Shown in pieces: positions 1 to 12,948 of a stretch of 64,000 nt of DNA; the stretch's first letter is position 1; each line of letters opens with the position of its first letter. The notes beneath the pieces were generated by a model, which had not been told where the DNA came from, did not search any database, and saw only the letters and a list, made by a program, of their open reading frames with translations. The stretch comes from Vicugna vicugna. Lineage: Eukaryota. Both the position numbers and the translations under genes were made by a program. The stretch is taken from contig MU057880.1 in NCBI GenBank assembly GCA_013265495.1, forward strand, positions 1,456,527 to 1,520,526. Direction: 5' to 3'.

Positions 1-982
1 TCATTATAGATTACAACATACTAACTACTATATATAAACTGTATTTAATATAGTTATTTACTTATCTTGCTTTTAGCTCTCCTCACATAAAAGAACTGAA
101 GAAGTCATAATACATTAAATTATCTCATTTTTCTTTTATCTTAAACTCAACTCATAACCTTTTTTAGGAGATGCATTAGACTGTACGTTTCTCAATTAAG
201 AAAGGATGTGCTATTAATATGGCTCATATGACTTCGGCTACATAATTTTATTAGTGTTGATACAAATATATAGAAATATTTGGTACAAAATCTTACATAT
301 TCTGTTAACCACGCACCCTAGTGCTTGTTGTTTGAATTGCCATTTGCATCAATTATACTTGAAGAAAATGAATTGATTAGTTCATTTCACAACATAATTT
401 GAAGAGCATTTTACTAGCAATGCTAAGGATTTATAGCACCCAGAGCAAGTAAGTTTGAGGGAGGAAGGAAAAAGAAGATTCTTAGGAAACGAGGGAAGAG
501 GAGCAGACAGCTGGGAAGGAAACACGAGGCTCTGATGGCCTCAGCCCCAACTGAGAAGATGGTGTGTTTCACTAAAATCGCGTTTTGGGGAGGCACTTGT
601 GGTAGCAGTCTGGCCCCAGTTTCCCTTCAGGACGAGTATAGAGGAACAGGAGATGAAATGATAAAGAAAAGGCTGACTCAGTATTTATTTTTTCCCTAAC
701 ACAAAATCTGTGGAAATTCCCTCTGAACCCAGTGGCGTTTTATCAAGACCAGAAATTAAAGAAGCCTTGATTTATTACCTGATCTCAAAATGCACAACCC
801 CTTCCAGATGGAAAGACCGATCTATTAATCAGTTTCAGAAAGCTACTTCCACTTTTTTTGGTAATGGGATTTGGCATGAATCTTTGTGTGCAATTATAAG
901 AATGGCTTTCAGATGCTATAGAAAACATCATTTTTCTGAATTATCAAATATGAAGATAGTGAAAGCTTTACTTTTTCTTGAA

Positions 983-1011
983 TTTTTTAAAATTGAAGTA
1001 TGGTTGATTTA
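983..1011 (-). mobile_element. L1 extreme 3' end stub
   Basis: ttttttaaaattgaagtatggttgatttat matches the reverse complement of the artiodactyl L1 3' terminus; very short. Confidence 0.45.
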
Positions 1012-1274
1012 TGAAGGTGAAAACTCTTAAGATGATCTTCAGAATTCTTCACCCTCTACAAGTGTTGATCAACTTGATGTTTCTGATGATAGAACTGTGA
1101 ATCAACTTGACACATGAAACACAAATTAAATTAAACTCAGTTGGTATACTTTAATTTACTTGGAATGATTGATCATTCTTTTCTATTTTTAATATACGAA
1201 TATGAACAAAACATGGGAGAGAAATTAGACATTTAAAAATCTCGTATTCAAATCTATACAGATCTATAATGAAA

Positions 1275-1440
1275 ATCTATAAAAACAGATAAAAAACAAA
1301 TATCTTCTGTATAGCACAGGGAACCATATTCAATATCTTGTAATAATCTTTCATGAAAAAGAATATGAAAATGAATATATGTATGTATATGCATGATGGG
1401 GACATTGTGCTGTACACCAGAAACTGACGCATTGTAACTG
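1275..1440 (+). mobile_element. L1 3' UTR fragment (camelid/artiodactyl type)
   Basis: ctgtatagcacagggaaccatattcaatatcttgtaataa...gctgtacaccagaaactgac; homologous to the minus-strand copies at 5213, 14548 and 43383. Confidence 0.85.
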
Positions 1441-2101
1441 TATTTCTCATTGATTGGCTACTAAGCTATTCCCCTAACACACTCCCAGCAAAACTTTCAT
1501 GGAACCAGGAGTCATTAAATACCCCTCTGACATAATCATTTGTCCTAAAAATAAGTAAATAAAAAATAAAACCCTGAACACGTTAATTTAGTTTATTTAA
1601 TCATCAAAGTGCATCATCTTCTCTTGAATACAGTGTGACGTACACAGTTTCCTCTTCTGGTCTTGGGCAATGCCTGTTGGAACTGGTGCAGGGATTTCCT
1701 GATTCAGCTCACTACCTGCAACACCATCTCATCAAGGCAAATCCAGGTGAACGTAAGACCTAAGAGTTGGGTGCCAGAAAAAGTCAAGCCACATTCTCTT
1801 ACGGGCTTTCTTGAAAATTGTCATTTTTTTTAGTCCATTCAATTCATTCATTTATTTTTCTAGAGCCAGAGGATGATTTTCAGTTGTTTTAAGCAGAAAA
1901 TTGCAGAAGACAACTTTAAAACCCCAAAGAGATTTGAATGACATTTATCAACTATCATTTATTTAATTTTGATTTTTCCATGCAGCAAACAACTTAACTG
2001 ACTTTAGAAAATATAGTATAAGCAAAAGCATTTTGCCTTCAGTGCTGCAATGAGCCAGGCTTCTGTAGGTCCTGGGCCGGTCCCACACCTGTAAGCAGTA
2101 A

Positions 2102-2739
2102 TGTAACTGCGCAGGACCCTATGGGGTCTTCCCAGAACAGACCCTCCCCACGGCCATGTGCTCTGCCTGCCTCCCGTTTGTAGGAAACACTTTAATCTCT
2201 TAGGCTTCTCTGAGTTCCAAAGAGTACATTTAATCAGAGAAGCAAGAAAATGCAGAAAGAGAGGAAAACAGTCAAGCAAGACAAAATAATTATAGTTCAG
2301 CAATCAAACAAAAATTAAGGAACTTTAGTTCCTCCTTGAGGGCTAGAGAGAATATTCTGAGCCATGTCCTTTGAGCTGTTTTGCAGACACTGAAACCCCC
2401 ACCAGGTGGGAGAAGTTAACTGTGTGCTGCCCACAAGCACATAGACCCCAGACCCGTTGGAACCAGAAGGTTGATGATGTTGACGCCTGCTGACCTCACC
2501 ACCCACCAGTCAGAAGACTGTCCACGCACTGATCACACCTCCCAGCTCCCTTCTCTCACCTTGTCTTAAAAACCTTTCCCTGAAAGCCTTCAGGGAGTCC
2601 GAGTCTTGTAAGCAGCAGCTGTCTGGACCCCTTGCCTGGCGCCTGCAGTAAGCACTGCACTTTCCTTCACCACAGCCCGGGGTCAGTAGACTGGCTTTAC
2701 TGCCCATGGGCGAGCGGACCCAAGCTTGGTTCCATAACG
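2102..2739 (+). mobile_element. ERV1-class solo LTR
   Basis: Starts TGTAAC and ends TAACG (decayed TAACA); 4-bp flanks GTAA/GGAA; shares blocks with the LTRs at 9143 and 22022. Confidence 0.85.
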
Positions 2740-3919
2740 GGAACTGGCACAATGTTCCTCCCTTTAAAAAACCCCTTTAACTAAAGGCATTGTGAGTGCT
2801 CCTAATTTGCTGACTGCTGCCCAGACATGGGCTCAGTGCCCAGCGAGACCCTCACCTCCTGTGCTCTCCCTCGGGGTCTGCACAGTCGTCTCCACCTGCT
2901 GCCTCTTCTGTTGTTTGTCTTGATTCATCCCCCCTTGGTGTATAGCCCCCTCTCTCCATCCCACCGCCCTACAGCTGTCTGTGCTGTGATTACTCATTCT
3001 TAACGAGGCTCTCTACATATCCAGCACTAAATCATACTTTTCCCTAATAATAGAAAATCAAATAATCTTGCTCTCTTCATGAAGATATAACCTACAAATA
3101 AAAGAATTTAAAATTTTACCTCTAAACCGTATGTTTGGATTGCAATCTTACTTATTTAGTTCTCATTTGGCATTAGAATCCCTTGTTAGAATAAGTGAAG
3201 AAGCACGGCCAATTGAAAATTTAAAATGATTCCCCAGCAGGGAGAAAAATGAAAATCTCATTACCTTAGAAATAGTGAACTTCAAGCAAAATAAAGGAAC
3301 ACTGGAGGGAGACCTAGGGACGTGAGAGCTGTGGTGACCCAGAAGAGTGTGCGGAAGGAGCCGGGCAAGAAGGGGAAATTAAGACAGAGGAATTTTTTTT
3401 TTTTACCTGGTATCTGACTATATTTTCTGGACTTGACACCACGTGACTATACCAGCCATTCAAACCACTGAAAAGGAATAAAGCAAACCACAGACTATTG
3501 GACAAGACATGACCTTCTCTGTCCTTACACGGTTCTTCTTCCTGTTTACAAGTGAGGAATTGTGGAATCGCTGGGTTAGCAGGTTCTGTGTGTCCATCCT
3601 TGGTGGCAGTAGGACTGCTCTGAGTCAGAGCCCTGGCCAGATTAGCAAGGGGTCAATTTTCCCTACAACGCGGAAGGGATGTTGAATGATCAGAGGTAGC
3701 TGCCTTGGGTCAGGGCGTGAACAGTAAGAAGTGAAGGGAATAGTGAATCGTTCTATTTAATGGCTGTGAGTTCTCCAGAGAGAGTGCAGGGAACCAAGAA
3801 GGCTTTGTCTAGTGACATGGACAGAAGTGTCTAGGACTCGCATCTTAAATGCCATATCCTCAACCAGTCCCCTGCCACGCCCTGAGGCACTAACACTCCC
3901 ACGCCGTCCTCTGTGCTCC

Positions 3920-4129
3920 ACAGCAAGTCTGTGGTCCATGGGCCACATCTGTTTTTACAAATAAACGTTTATCGTAACACAGCCAAGATCACTTGTTTAC
4001 GTGTTGCCTATGGCTCCTTTTGTATGAAAAAGTTGAAACTGAGTCATTGTAGTGAGACCACATGGTCTGCAAAGTCTAAAATATTTACTACCTGGCCCTT
4101 TATGGAATAAAAAGACTGCTCACCCCCTG
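3920..4129 (+). mobile_element. MER58A-like hAT-Charlie DNA transposon
   Basis: ctgtttttacaaataaacgtttatcgtaacacagcc...aaagtctaaaatatttactacctggcccttta...cccctg matches the recalled MER58A consensus. Confidence 0.85.
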
Positions 4130-4340
4130 CTCTGAAAGAATGCAAATTTTCCTCCATAGTGTGATGTCACCGAGCAGTAGACACACTAGCTGAATGCAGA
4201 CGAAACCCTTCCCAGCAGCCTTCCCCTCCTCCTAGTCTAGGGCTGTTGGCCCCTGCCCCCACACACACATGGAGGAAGAAGAAGGAAGAGGGACAGGGAG
4301 GGAGAAGGAAGAGATGAAGGAACATAGGACAGAAGAGAAC

Positions 4341-4650
4341 TGTTTTGGTCCAGGTTACCTAACAGACAGCCTCAGAGATGGAAATTCAGTTGCAGGAAGT
4401 TCACTGAGGATGGGCCTCCAGGGAGGAGGCAGCACCAGGGAGGGAGTGAGGGGAGCACAGCTGGGGAGAGGCAGGTGTCAGACGACAGCTCACAGCCTCC
4501 ATCCCTGCCACCAGGACTGCCCTCTGAGATGCCCACTGGGTCAGCATTCGAGCTGCCATGATGCCGACAATGTGATGCCAACAGTCACAGTCATTTTGTC
4601 TAACTGGCTCTTAAGACGTCAAAGCTGGGTGCCCTCTGGGCAGTGACAGA
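4341..4650 (-). mobile_element. Old ERVL LTR fragment (LTR33/LTR16-like)
   Basis: ggtccaggttacctaacagacagcctcagagatggaaattcagttgcaggaagttcactgagg...gagggagtgaggggagc resembles the antisense end of LTR33/LTR16; right boundary uncertain. Confidence 0.5.
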
Positions 4651-5212
4651 TCTCCACGTATCAAGGTCTTCGTGCATCTTCCACACACCTCCTGTCTCCG
4701 CATTCTAATCTTCTCCCAGGCCCCTGTCCAATCAGCCACGCCTTTGCCCACCACCTTGGAGTCAATGTGTATGTCTCCCTCATATTCTGTCTGCAGAGTG
4801 GATGACCAGCTGAAATTATAAGAGCCCTGTGGGTGGATGCCTCCTCAACGCTGTCTTTCAGGGCCAGTGTGCAGCCATAGTCCATTTTTGGCTTTTACTC
4901 CCACACCCCTAAGCCAGTTCAGACCTTCAGATCCCATCTTTTGGTTGTAAGGACACTCTGCACTGGTGCAGTGAGTGACAGCAAAGGGTTTGGACCACCT
5001 GCTCCTGCTCAGCCTCCCTCTTTCCTGCTCTGCCTGGTCCCTTGTGTACTACTCCTGTCTTGTGATGAACTGCCGCTGAGTCTGCTTGCACTTAAGACCT
5101 TTCAGGTGTGGCAGATCCCAGTTCCTGGGGGCAGTGCTGGCTGCACAGTCTCTCAACGTCTCCTAGTCAGTTATTCTGTTTCCATCAAGACCCAGAAGCA
5201 GGCCAAGAGCTG

Positions 5213-5592
5213 ATTTTTTTTAATTAATTGAACTATTATCAGTTACAATGTGTCAATTTCTGGTGTGCAGCACAATGTCCCAGTCATGCATACACATATA
5301 TAGATTCATTTTCACATTCTTTTTCTTTTCTTTTTTTTTCTCGTGAAAACTATTTATTTTTTTAACATTTTTTATTGATTTATATCACATTCTTTTTCAT
5401 TAAAGATTATTACAAGCTATTAAATATAGTTCCCTGGGCTATACAGAAGAATTTGGTTTTTTATCTATTTTTATATATAGCGGTTATCATTTGCAAGTCT
5501 AAGACTCCCAAATTCACCCCGTCCCACCTCCTTTCCCCCAGTAACCATAAGATGGTTTACTATGTCTGCAAGTCTATTTCTGTTTTGCAGAT
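5213..5592 (-). mobile_element. 5'-truncated L1 3' UTR carrying a nested 59-bp insertion
   Basis: polyT then attgaactattatcagttacaatgtgtcaatttctggtgtgcagcac...atagttccctgggctatacag...tctatttctgttttg. Confidence 0.85.
5326..5384 (-). mobile_element. Tiny L1 3'-terminal insertion with 14-bp TSD
   Basis: Perfect TSD tcacattctttttc at 5312-5325 and 5385-5398; insert reads tataaatcaataaaaaatgttaaaaaaa-taaatagttttcacgag-polyA on the minus strand. Confidence 0.75.
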
Positions 5593-7000
5593 TTTTAAAT
5601 AATGTGCAATTCTCTGTGGTAGATTGCAGGTTTGGCTGAAGAGTCCTAGGTTTCTAATTGTGATTCTCCTCTGCTCTAACCTCTATGTGACATCTTTCTC
5701 CCTGACAGGTACCTGAAACCTTATTTTCCCCCGGGTCCTCTGACTCAGCAGCAGGGCCGCCTGCCCCACAGCCTGGTCAGGAGAAGAGCCCCGTCATGCT
5801 TAGCGTTCACTGAAGGACAAGTCTTCCCTGTCACTCAGTAATGGGTCACAATCTGAAGAACCAGCAGAGACAGCCCTTTCTTTTCCAAGGCAGAAGCACA
5901 CTATGCAGTGATGTGTCCTTTAGTTTGCAGTGGATGGTTGGGTATGCCCCACCCCGGAAACTCCCCTGCTGTGCAGGTGCTTGCATCATTATATGTTTTA
6001 TTTTCTGGCCTCTGGACTGCATCTGCCTTATCAGAGCCTTTCACATTTAGCTACTTCTTGCTCATGCAATATGATTGGCACGAAGTTATTCATACACTGC
6101 ACCACTGCCATGTTTTCAAGAATGCCCAAATGTGTGGCAAAAGATGTTTCCATATGTATTTTTTTCGCTCAAATGTTTTTATTTTTAATTTGCAAAATAG
6201 GTAAAAAATTCTAAAAATGACATTTTTCTCTTATGTTTTTAATTGTAATTTAGTTTCATTTCATTAAAATAGAAAATTATCTTGCATAGAGCCTAGAGAA
6301 TCCAATAGGAAGTGTAGTTACACAGCACCATCCTTTGACTCTGGAAGAGGGCCCTTCCATGGGCCCCACGTCTTGAAGGGTCACTGGCTACAGGAGAACC
6401 CTGCGTGGCCCGTGCCCACACAGATAGCGCCCTGTTCCACCCTCCAGACCCCAACTCCAGCTTCCGAGATCTCAGAATTTCCCACCCAAACAGCCCCGAG
6501 CACATTTCCAGACACTGATTCCTTGCCTAGGGTCTGTCTTCCTAGACCTCACTTTCCTTTGTCCCTTGAAAAGATTCAAGGTTAGGTATTTTCCTTAAAA
6601 TGGAATTGTTCAAAACAGACAAGAAAAAATACTTAGGGGAATTTTCATTTGCTCTCCAGCTGCGGGGAGAGTGCTCTGTTTATAGGAAACTGTAGTGAGG
6701 AAGCCTTTTCCAAGTTTCAGTTCCAGGAAGAGTTTCCCTTCTCCTTGCTTGGGAGACGAGTGACATTCAGTGCTTTGCTGAACATCTGGGTTCCAGATGC
6801 CCCTTTTCAACGTTTTCCCAGAGAAATTAAACAGCTAGTCAGGTCCCACCCTTATGACATAGACACAAAAATGGGAGTGCCAATGTGTGTTGATTGGTAT
6901 GGATAATTTGCATATAAATAACATATTATGCATTATATTATGTACATATATTTTATAATTTATATATAAATTATGGTCCTTCTCATCATTTAAACATTTC

Positions 7001-7102
7001 TTTATTTTTTAATTTAAAAAATTTTTAATGGTGGTACTGGGGATTGAACCCAGGACTTCAGGCATGCTAAGCACACGCTCTACCATGGAGCTATACCCCC
7101 CC
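7001..7102 (-). mobile_element. Vic-1-type tRNA-derived SINE
   Basis: ggtactggggattgaacccagg...gcatgctaagcacacgctctacca...gagctataccc (A/B boxes on the minus strand). Confidence 0.9.
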
Positions 7103-7118
7103 AACTCCTCTTTTAAAA

Positions 7119-7251
7119 TTTTTTTTTTTGCAGTGGGTGGGTGGTAATTGGGTTTATTTATCGATTTATATTTAAATAGAGGTACTGGGGGTTGAACCCA
7201 GGACCTTGTGCTTGCTAAGCATGAGCTCTGCCACTCAGCTATCCCTTACCC
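7119..7251 (-). mobile_element. Vic-1-type tRNA-derived SINE
   Basis: Second copy in tandem, with the ggtaattgggtttattt tail region. Confidence 0.9.
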
Positions 7252-9142
7252 TGTTAGAAATGTAAATATTACGTTTTCTAATGATGTGGTAGTTTCTAAA
7301 CACAGAACTCCTATTTGGGTTGCACTGGATAGTTTCTCTCACAGAAGCGTGCGCAAGGGCAGTAAAAAATAGGCTTCGGTGTTGATGATGAGAATACTGA
7401 TTGACGGCGGTGTACTTCAGTCATTTCTGCAACACTTCGGGAAGGTGTAATTATAGCAGACAAAGAGCTCTGTTGGAAAGAATGTGATGTATTCCTTATA
7501 ACTTGCAACCAAACGAGGTAATTATTCTCAGTTATTTAAATTTAAGGATTTGTTCTCCTGAAGCCTGGAAACCCATCTGTGCTGTGCCTGAGTCTCATTT
7601 CCCTGATGCTAAATGCCAGGGCGCTCAGCACTGTCATCTCCACTGCAGAAGCTGTATTCAAATGAGAGCTGTTTGCAGTTGCTGTAAACTTAAAGCCATC
7701 TTCAGAGTCCTTGAGTTTTCCTACGCCTGGTTCCCGAATCTCACATGTGTATCCACAGACTCTCCTTGTTGTTGCCTTGTGAGACGCCCTCTTCCCCATT
7801 CAGCCTCGCCTCTCGAGCTCTCGCTCCTAAAATCACCTGGAGACCAGTTGGCGTGAGTCATGAGCAGAAGGTGAACAGCACGGAGACATGATATGACAGA
7901 CACACTCTGCTCATCTTCATGTCTGAACGATGCTTAGTATCTGGACCAAAACCAAAACAAACCGAACAAAAAATTCTGAAGCCGAGAAGCCCCCATCCTC
8001 ACACACTACGAGCCACTTCACGACGGACGCCTTCCTTTTGTGATGGAAACCAAGCTCCAGTTCTTCCTTTGGTCTCCTCCATGCAAGTGAAATACCAGTA
8101 AGTTGGAGTTTAGCTTCTGGTACCTGCCTATGGCTGCCTGGTGGCCCCAGTGTGGTCCTGGGGACAACCAAGAGTAATCATGTCTGTGCTGCCTTGAGCC
8201 TACTTCCTCTTCGCTGTTCTCAGTGTGCAAAATACATTTTTTCCTACTATTCTTTGGAAAAGAAACAGCAAGTACTCCACCAAGATGCTTGTCATTTCTC
8301 AAGCAAGATGCACATTTCCTCCTTATTCTCTCCCAACTTTACCTAGTGCCATTTTTAAAACACATTCACCTCTTACATCTCCCTTCCCTGCCTTTTCTCC
8401 TGAGGAGAACTTGGGAAAATTGATACATCCACCCCGGTAAACCCCATTCCTTTATTTTCTTAAATGAGCCAACACCCCCAGTTCAATAATATTATTAGGA
8501 TTCCCACTATACTATATTTCATCTGTTTCCAGGGTTTTATCTAACTTTCTGTTGCCAATTCCAAGACAGACTTTTTTTTTCCGTTCAAGATTTAATTATT
8601 TGTATTTATTCATTGCAAGCAGAAATTGTGCAAGCCTTTGAAATGCGGCAGGGACCCTGACAAGCTCCTCCATCTGGGTTGTCTCTGTCTTTGATTCTGA
8701 GTGGGCTGTTTTATAACTCTACAGAGAGAGATGTTAATTTGTAGAAAACCGAGCATAACGCAAATCATTTCTGCCCATTGAAATGCAGATTGCGACGAGT
8801 GGAATGCAACCAGCCATTGCCCTGAGAACATTGACTAGTTCTGCCAGTTTCCCATCCCTTTATAAGTTCATTTCCGCCATCCTTATCTGATTATAAATCT
8901 GCACTCCTTTATCAGTTCTCCTTTCAATCATGTGACATTTTTCTCTCTTCCACATTAATTAATTAAATAGTAATCATTGGTAATTCAATAAAACTTTTGA
9001 CCGACATTCATTTTAAATTTGTATGAGATTCACAATTTTGTCTTTTTTGGAGAATTATTCTTTATGATCCTTTCCCAAAGCTTCAACCCGACTCTCTAGA
9101 AATTTACTCAGCCCATTTGGAAAAATTCTACTCCAGTCCTCT

Positions 9143-9844
9143 TATAATGGTGCAGGTCTTGCCTTGCCAGTACAGATTCCCCACCACACCCTCATCCTCA
9201 TCCTCTGTCTGCCTCTTGTCTGTAGAAAAACTTTAGCCAAAGAATAAATTTAATCAGAGAAATGAGAAAATGCAGAAACAAAAGAAAACAGTCAAATAAG
9301 ACAAAATAATACTAGCTGAGTCATTAAACAAAATCAAGGACTTTTAGCTCCTCCTCATGGGCTATAGGTAATACTCTGAGCCATATCCTTGGAGCTGTGT
9401 TGTAGATATTGAAACATACCCCAGGTAGAAGACGTTAACTATGTGATGACCAGACTGTAGCCATGAGATGAGCTGCCACAATTCTGAGAACTGGCCTAGA
9501 GAAGATGGGAAAAACAACTGACCCTGGAACTGAAGATTAATCGTACTTAAAACAATCAGGCTGATCTTGATCAGACCCCCACACGACTGATTCCAAGATG
9601 ACTGTCAGAGCTGACCGTGCTGCTCTGCACACAGCCCCCGTCTCCTGCCTCTGCACCCTTGAAACTCCCCTTTAAAATCTCTTGCCCCTGATTGGCAATG
9701 AGAAGTTGGTTCTCTGGGACACGAGTCCACCTTCTCCCCAGGATTGTTGGCTTCCTCAATAAAGCTGTCTTTCCTTTTACCCAATACTTGTCTTTTAGTA
9801 CTGGATTCTTGGGTGACAAACAGCCAAACCTGAGTTCAGTAACA
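9143..9844 (+). mobile_element. ERV1-class solo LTR
   Basis: TATAAT...CAGTAACA ends; flanks CTCT/CTGT; TTTAAAA box at 9671 and AATAAA at 9758-9763; homology to the LTR at 2102. Confidence 0.85.
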
Positions 9845-11566
9845 CTGTCTCCTGGAACCCATCAGAGGCCACACCCATCCGTGCTCAGCTCCTCAGAGGT
9901 CCCAAGGGCAGCGTTAATCAGGAGTGGCAGACAGCTTGGAATGGCAGTCAGGAGAGGGGAGCTCCCTTCAGGTCACCTGTATCCCAGAACCCTTTCCTCC
10001 TCTACTGGTTCTAATGGGCCCTCCTGGGGGCTAGACTATTTGTATTTCAAAGGCAGGTGACTAATAACAGCACAAGAAACATGTATCTGAATAAAATCTT
10101 TAAAAACTATTGCCCAGTACTTATTTTAAAAGACAGTTGAATCAGTTGTAGGACTGGAGAGCTTGTACATACAATGCAGAGCTGAAAGGACCTTTAAGAG
10201 ATTATAGGATAGGGTTTCGCGGCCGGATGTATCTCCATGGCTTGGGTAAAACAACTGAGTCAGCATTTAAATGCATCTTGCTCAGTTTCAGTTTTAAACT
10301 CTCTTTTCTAGATGTCTTTTTCTCGCCTTTATTTTCTTTTTTATGGACCTGTATTTTCCCCTATACTTTTTAAATGGTTGGTCATGCAGATTAGTTTACT
10401 AAGGACAACCGCCCCATGAAATTACAAATTTTCAGAAACCATGTGCTTTTCAAAACATGTTTTCAGAAGGAATGTTCACTGTATAACATTTCATGAGTTA
10501 CCTAAAAGAAGGCCCCATGTCATCTCATGCTTAATTACCTTATTTTTTATTCACGTGGATTTTGAAAATTTCCTAAAAGCTATTTAATATCTCCAGCCAA
10601 CTGAGCTCTAGATCCGCTCCCTTTCCTAGCTTTGAAACAAAAAGTCACCAAGGACTCAAGATTTCAGGGACTAGATTAATAAGTGCTTTCAAAGCGAGCT
10701 CCATGTAGCATTAGTTTTCCTGCCGTGGGTCCACTTCCTGTGCCTCACTGTGTCTCATCACCCCCCACCCCCAGCTGCTGCGAGTGCAGGGAGCACAGGT
10801 TGCATCATTTTTCATGATTCCTCAGGCTCCTAGGGGAGCAGCAGGGTTGGACTGCTGGCTGGAGCATGCACATGTGGTTCCCTCCATCCTGTGAGCTGGG
10901 GCAGGTCAACTTAGCCTTCCTAGGTGTAGGACGTGGCTAGGAATCAGTGGATCGGGAGATGGCTGTGAAAATCAAAGACAAGGTGCAGTGTTGGGCATTG
11001 ATGTTGCCTCTTATTTCTGTGCCAGCTCCCCCGATGGATGCTGAGCAAGAGATGGAATGAATGAATACTGGGCTGGCACCCAAAATGCAATGTGTCAATA
11101 TCTGGAGCTGTATTGTGCCTCGTCTTCAGTTCTCGTTAGTGTGACTAGAAGGTGTGTCCACTTCAAGCTCTTGGAGTGCATGTCACTGGCCCTCTGAACC
11201 AATGGAAAGGAAACATGTTTCAGTTTATGGATACCTTAGACTTTAATGCTGTCACCTTAATAGGGACCCACAATTTTAGAGCTATGTTTACAGTTAAATA
11301 AGTCACAACATTGTATCTCAACTTCATTACAAAATTGAGAAAATCTACAGTTTCTAGGTTATCGGTTGGAACAATCTTTCTTATGTAACTATACATGCAT
11401 CTTCAATGACCTCCGTGAGCAACTGTGTTATTTGGACCCGACTCTGAATGCTCTTGTTTATGAGATCATGACTGTCTTTGTCTATGACATTTTGTTTTGC
11501 CTTCCTATTATATATAGCCCAGTGAAATTCTAGTTAATAAAGACTGCTTTCTCCCACTCTACATTG

Positions 11567-11717
11567 TTTTATTTTTATTTCATTTTATTTATTTATTTTT
11601 GCTGGGGATAGGTAATTTGGCTATTTATTTGTTTATGTTAATGGAGGTACTGGGGATTGAACCTAAGACCTTGTGCATGCTAGGCACACACTCTACAACT
11701 GAGCTATACCTTCATCC
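11567..11717 (-). mobile_element. Vic-1-type tRNA-derived SINE
   Basis: atggaggtactggggattgaacctaagaccttgtgcatgctaggcacacactctacaactgagctatacc preceded by a T-rich tail. Confidence 0.9.
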
Positions 11718-12032
11718 TTTAAACTGTTATTTCATGTCTTTGTAGCCTTGGAAGTTCTAACAGGGGCACTCACCTCTTTTCATATTCTCCACTGATGAAG
11801 ACTTTCCCTTCTAAAGGAACATCTACAGAGGAGGTTTGCAGAGGGAGAGTGAGGGGTAGTAAGCATGGAGGAAGAGGTGTCTACCTCGTAGGCAGAGCAG
11901 CAGAACAGTTCCAGCAGTTAGCTTGTTCCCACTGCTGGAGTCAGGTTGACCTCTCACTCCACTGAAGACCTTCCTTCAGATGAACTCCCTTACTAGACAG
12001 ATATCAGTGTATTCCAGAATTGTGACAAGACT

Positions 12033-12948
12033 GTGTTACTTAGGGTAATTCTAGCTGCTGTAACAAAGAGCTTGAGTCTGTAATAAGGATAGCAGTGCTT
12101 TCTGGACTGAAGAGAAGAATTCATTTATTGCTCACTTAGTCTTAAGCGGGTGTTCTTGGTTAGCTGGTGACCCTCTTCCAGTTGGTGATTCTCAGAGAGA
12201 TGCTTCTTCCATCTCATGGCTTGACTTTCCCACAGACCTTGGTGTCATTTGCCACCAACCAAGAGGAGGAAGAAATGAAAGAAAGAACGCTTGTACCTTT
12301 CAGTTTCGGAAAGGAAGTGATACAGGTCACTTCCACTCACATTCCATTGGCAACAAGTCACATGTGGGAAGTGTGGCTCCTGGTTTGACAACTAATTTCC
12401 AAGCAAAAACTATAGAGCAGGAACTCTTCATTTTGATGTGCTTCTCTTTACTCCACTTTGCAGATGTTGCAATTTCTACAAATCGAAGGTTTATGGCAAC
12501 CTTGACCCATGTCAAATCTATTGGCACCATTTTTTTCAACAGCATATGCTCACCTCCTGTCTCTGTGCTACATTTCGGTAATTTTCACAATACTTCAAAC
12601 TTTTTCATTATTATTATATATTTATTATGGAGATCTTTGTTCAGTGGTCTTTTGATGTCACTGCTTCGACTCGCTGAAGGGTCAGTCAGGCTTAGCATTT
12701 CTTTAGCAATAAATAAATATTTTTTAATTAAGGCATGTACATACCTTAGACAAGATGCTACCGCACACTTGATAGACTCCAGCCTAGTGTAGACATCACT
12801 TTTATATGCATGGGAAACCAAGATTTTATGTGCTTCCATAGCTTTATTGCGGTGGTCTGGAACTGAGTCTGCACTATCTCCAAGGTCTGCTTGTACCATA
12901 AAAGAGAGAAAACAGATGTTGACAGACAGCTAGCAGGCTGTAACTCAG
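12033..12948 (-). mobile_element. Old MaLR LTR (MLT1J/K/L-like) split by a Tigger1 insertion
   Basis: ctagctgctgtaacaaa...gaagtgatacaggtcacttccactcacattccattggc; resumes after 12895 with gacagctagcag. Confidence 0.65.
12418..12893 (+). mobile_element. Internally deleted Tigger1 (Tigger1a-like) DNA transposon
   Basis: Both Tigger1 ends present: caggaactcttcatttt...tacaaatcgaaggtttatggcaacc and gctttattgcggtggtctggaact...atctccaaggtctgcttg followed by TA. Confidence 0.9.

Noticed and set aside
2102..9844. Two related same-strand LTRs about 6.4 kb apart, suggesting a full provirus
   Set aside because: Each has its own TSD-like flanks, their 3' halves differ, and the interval holds MER58A, an old ERVL LTR and SINEs with no gag/pol/env remnants
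12364..12899. Overlapping 142-aa and 104-aa ORFs
   Set aside because: They lie in non-coding Tigger1 terminal sequence
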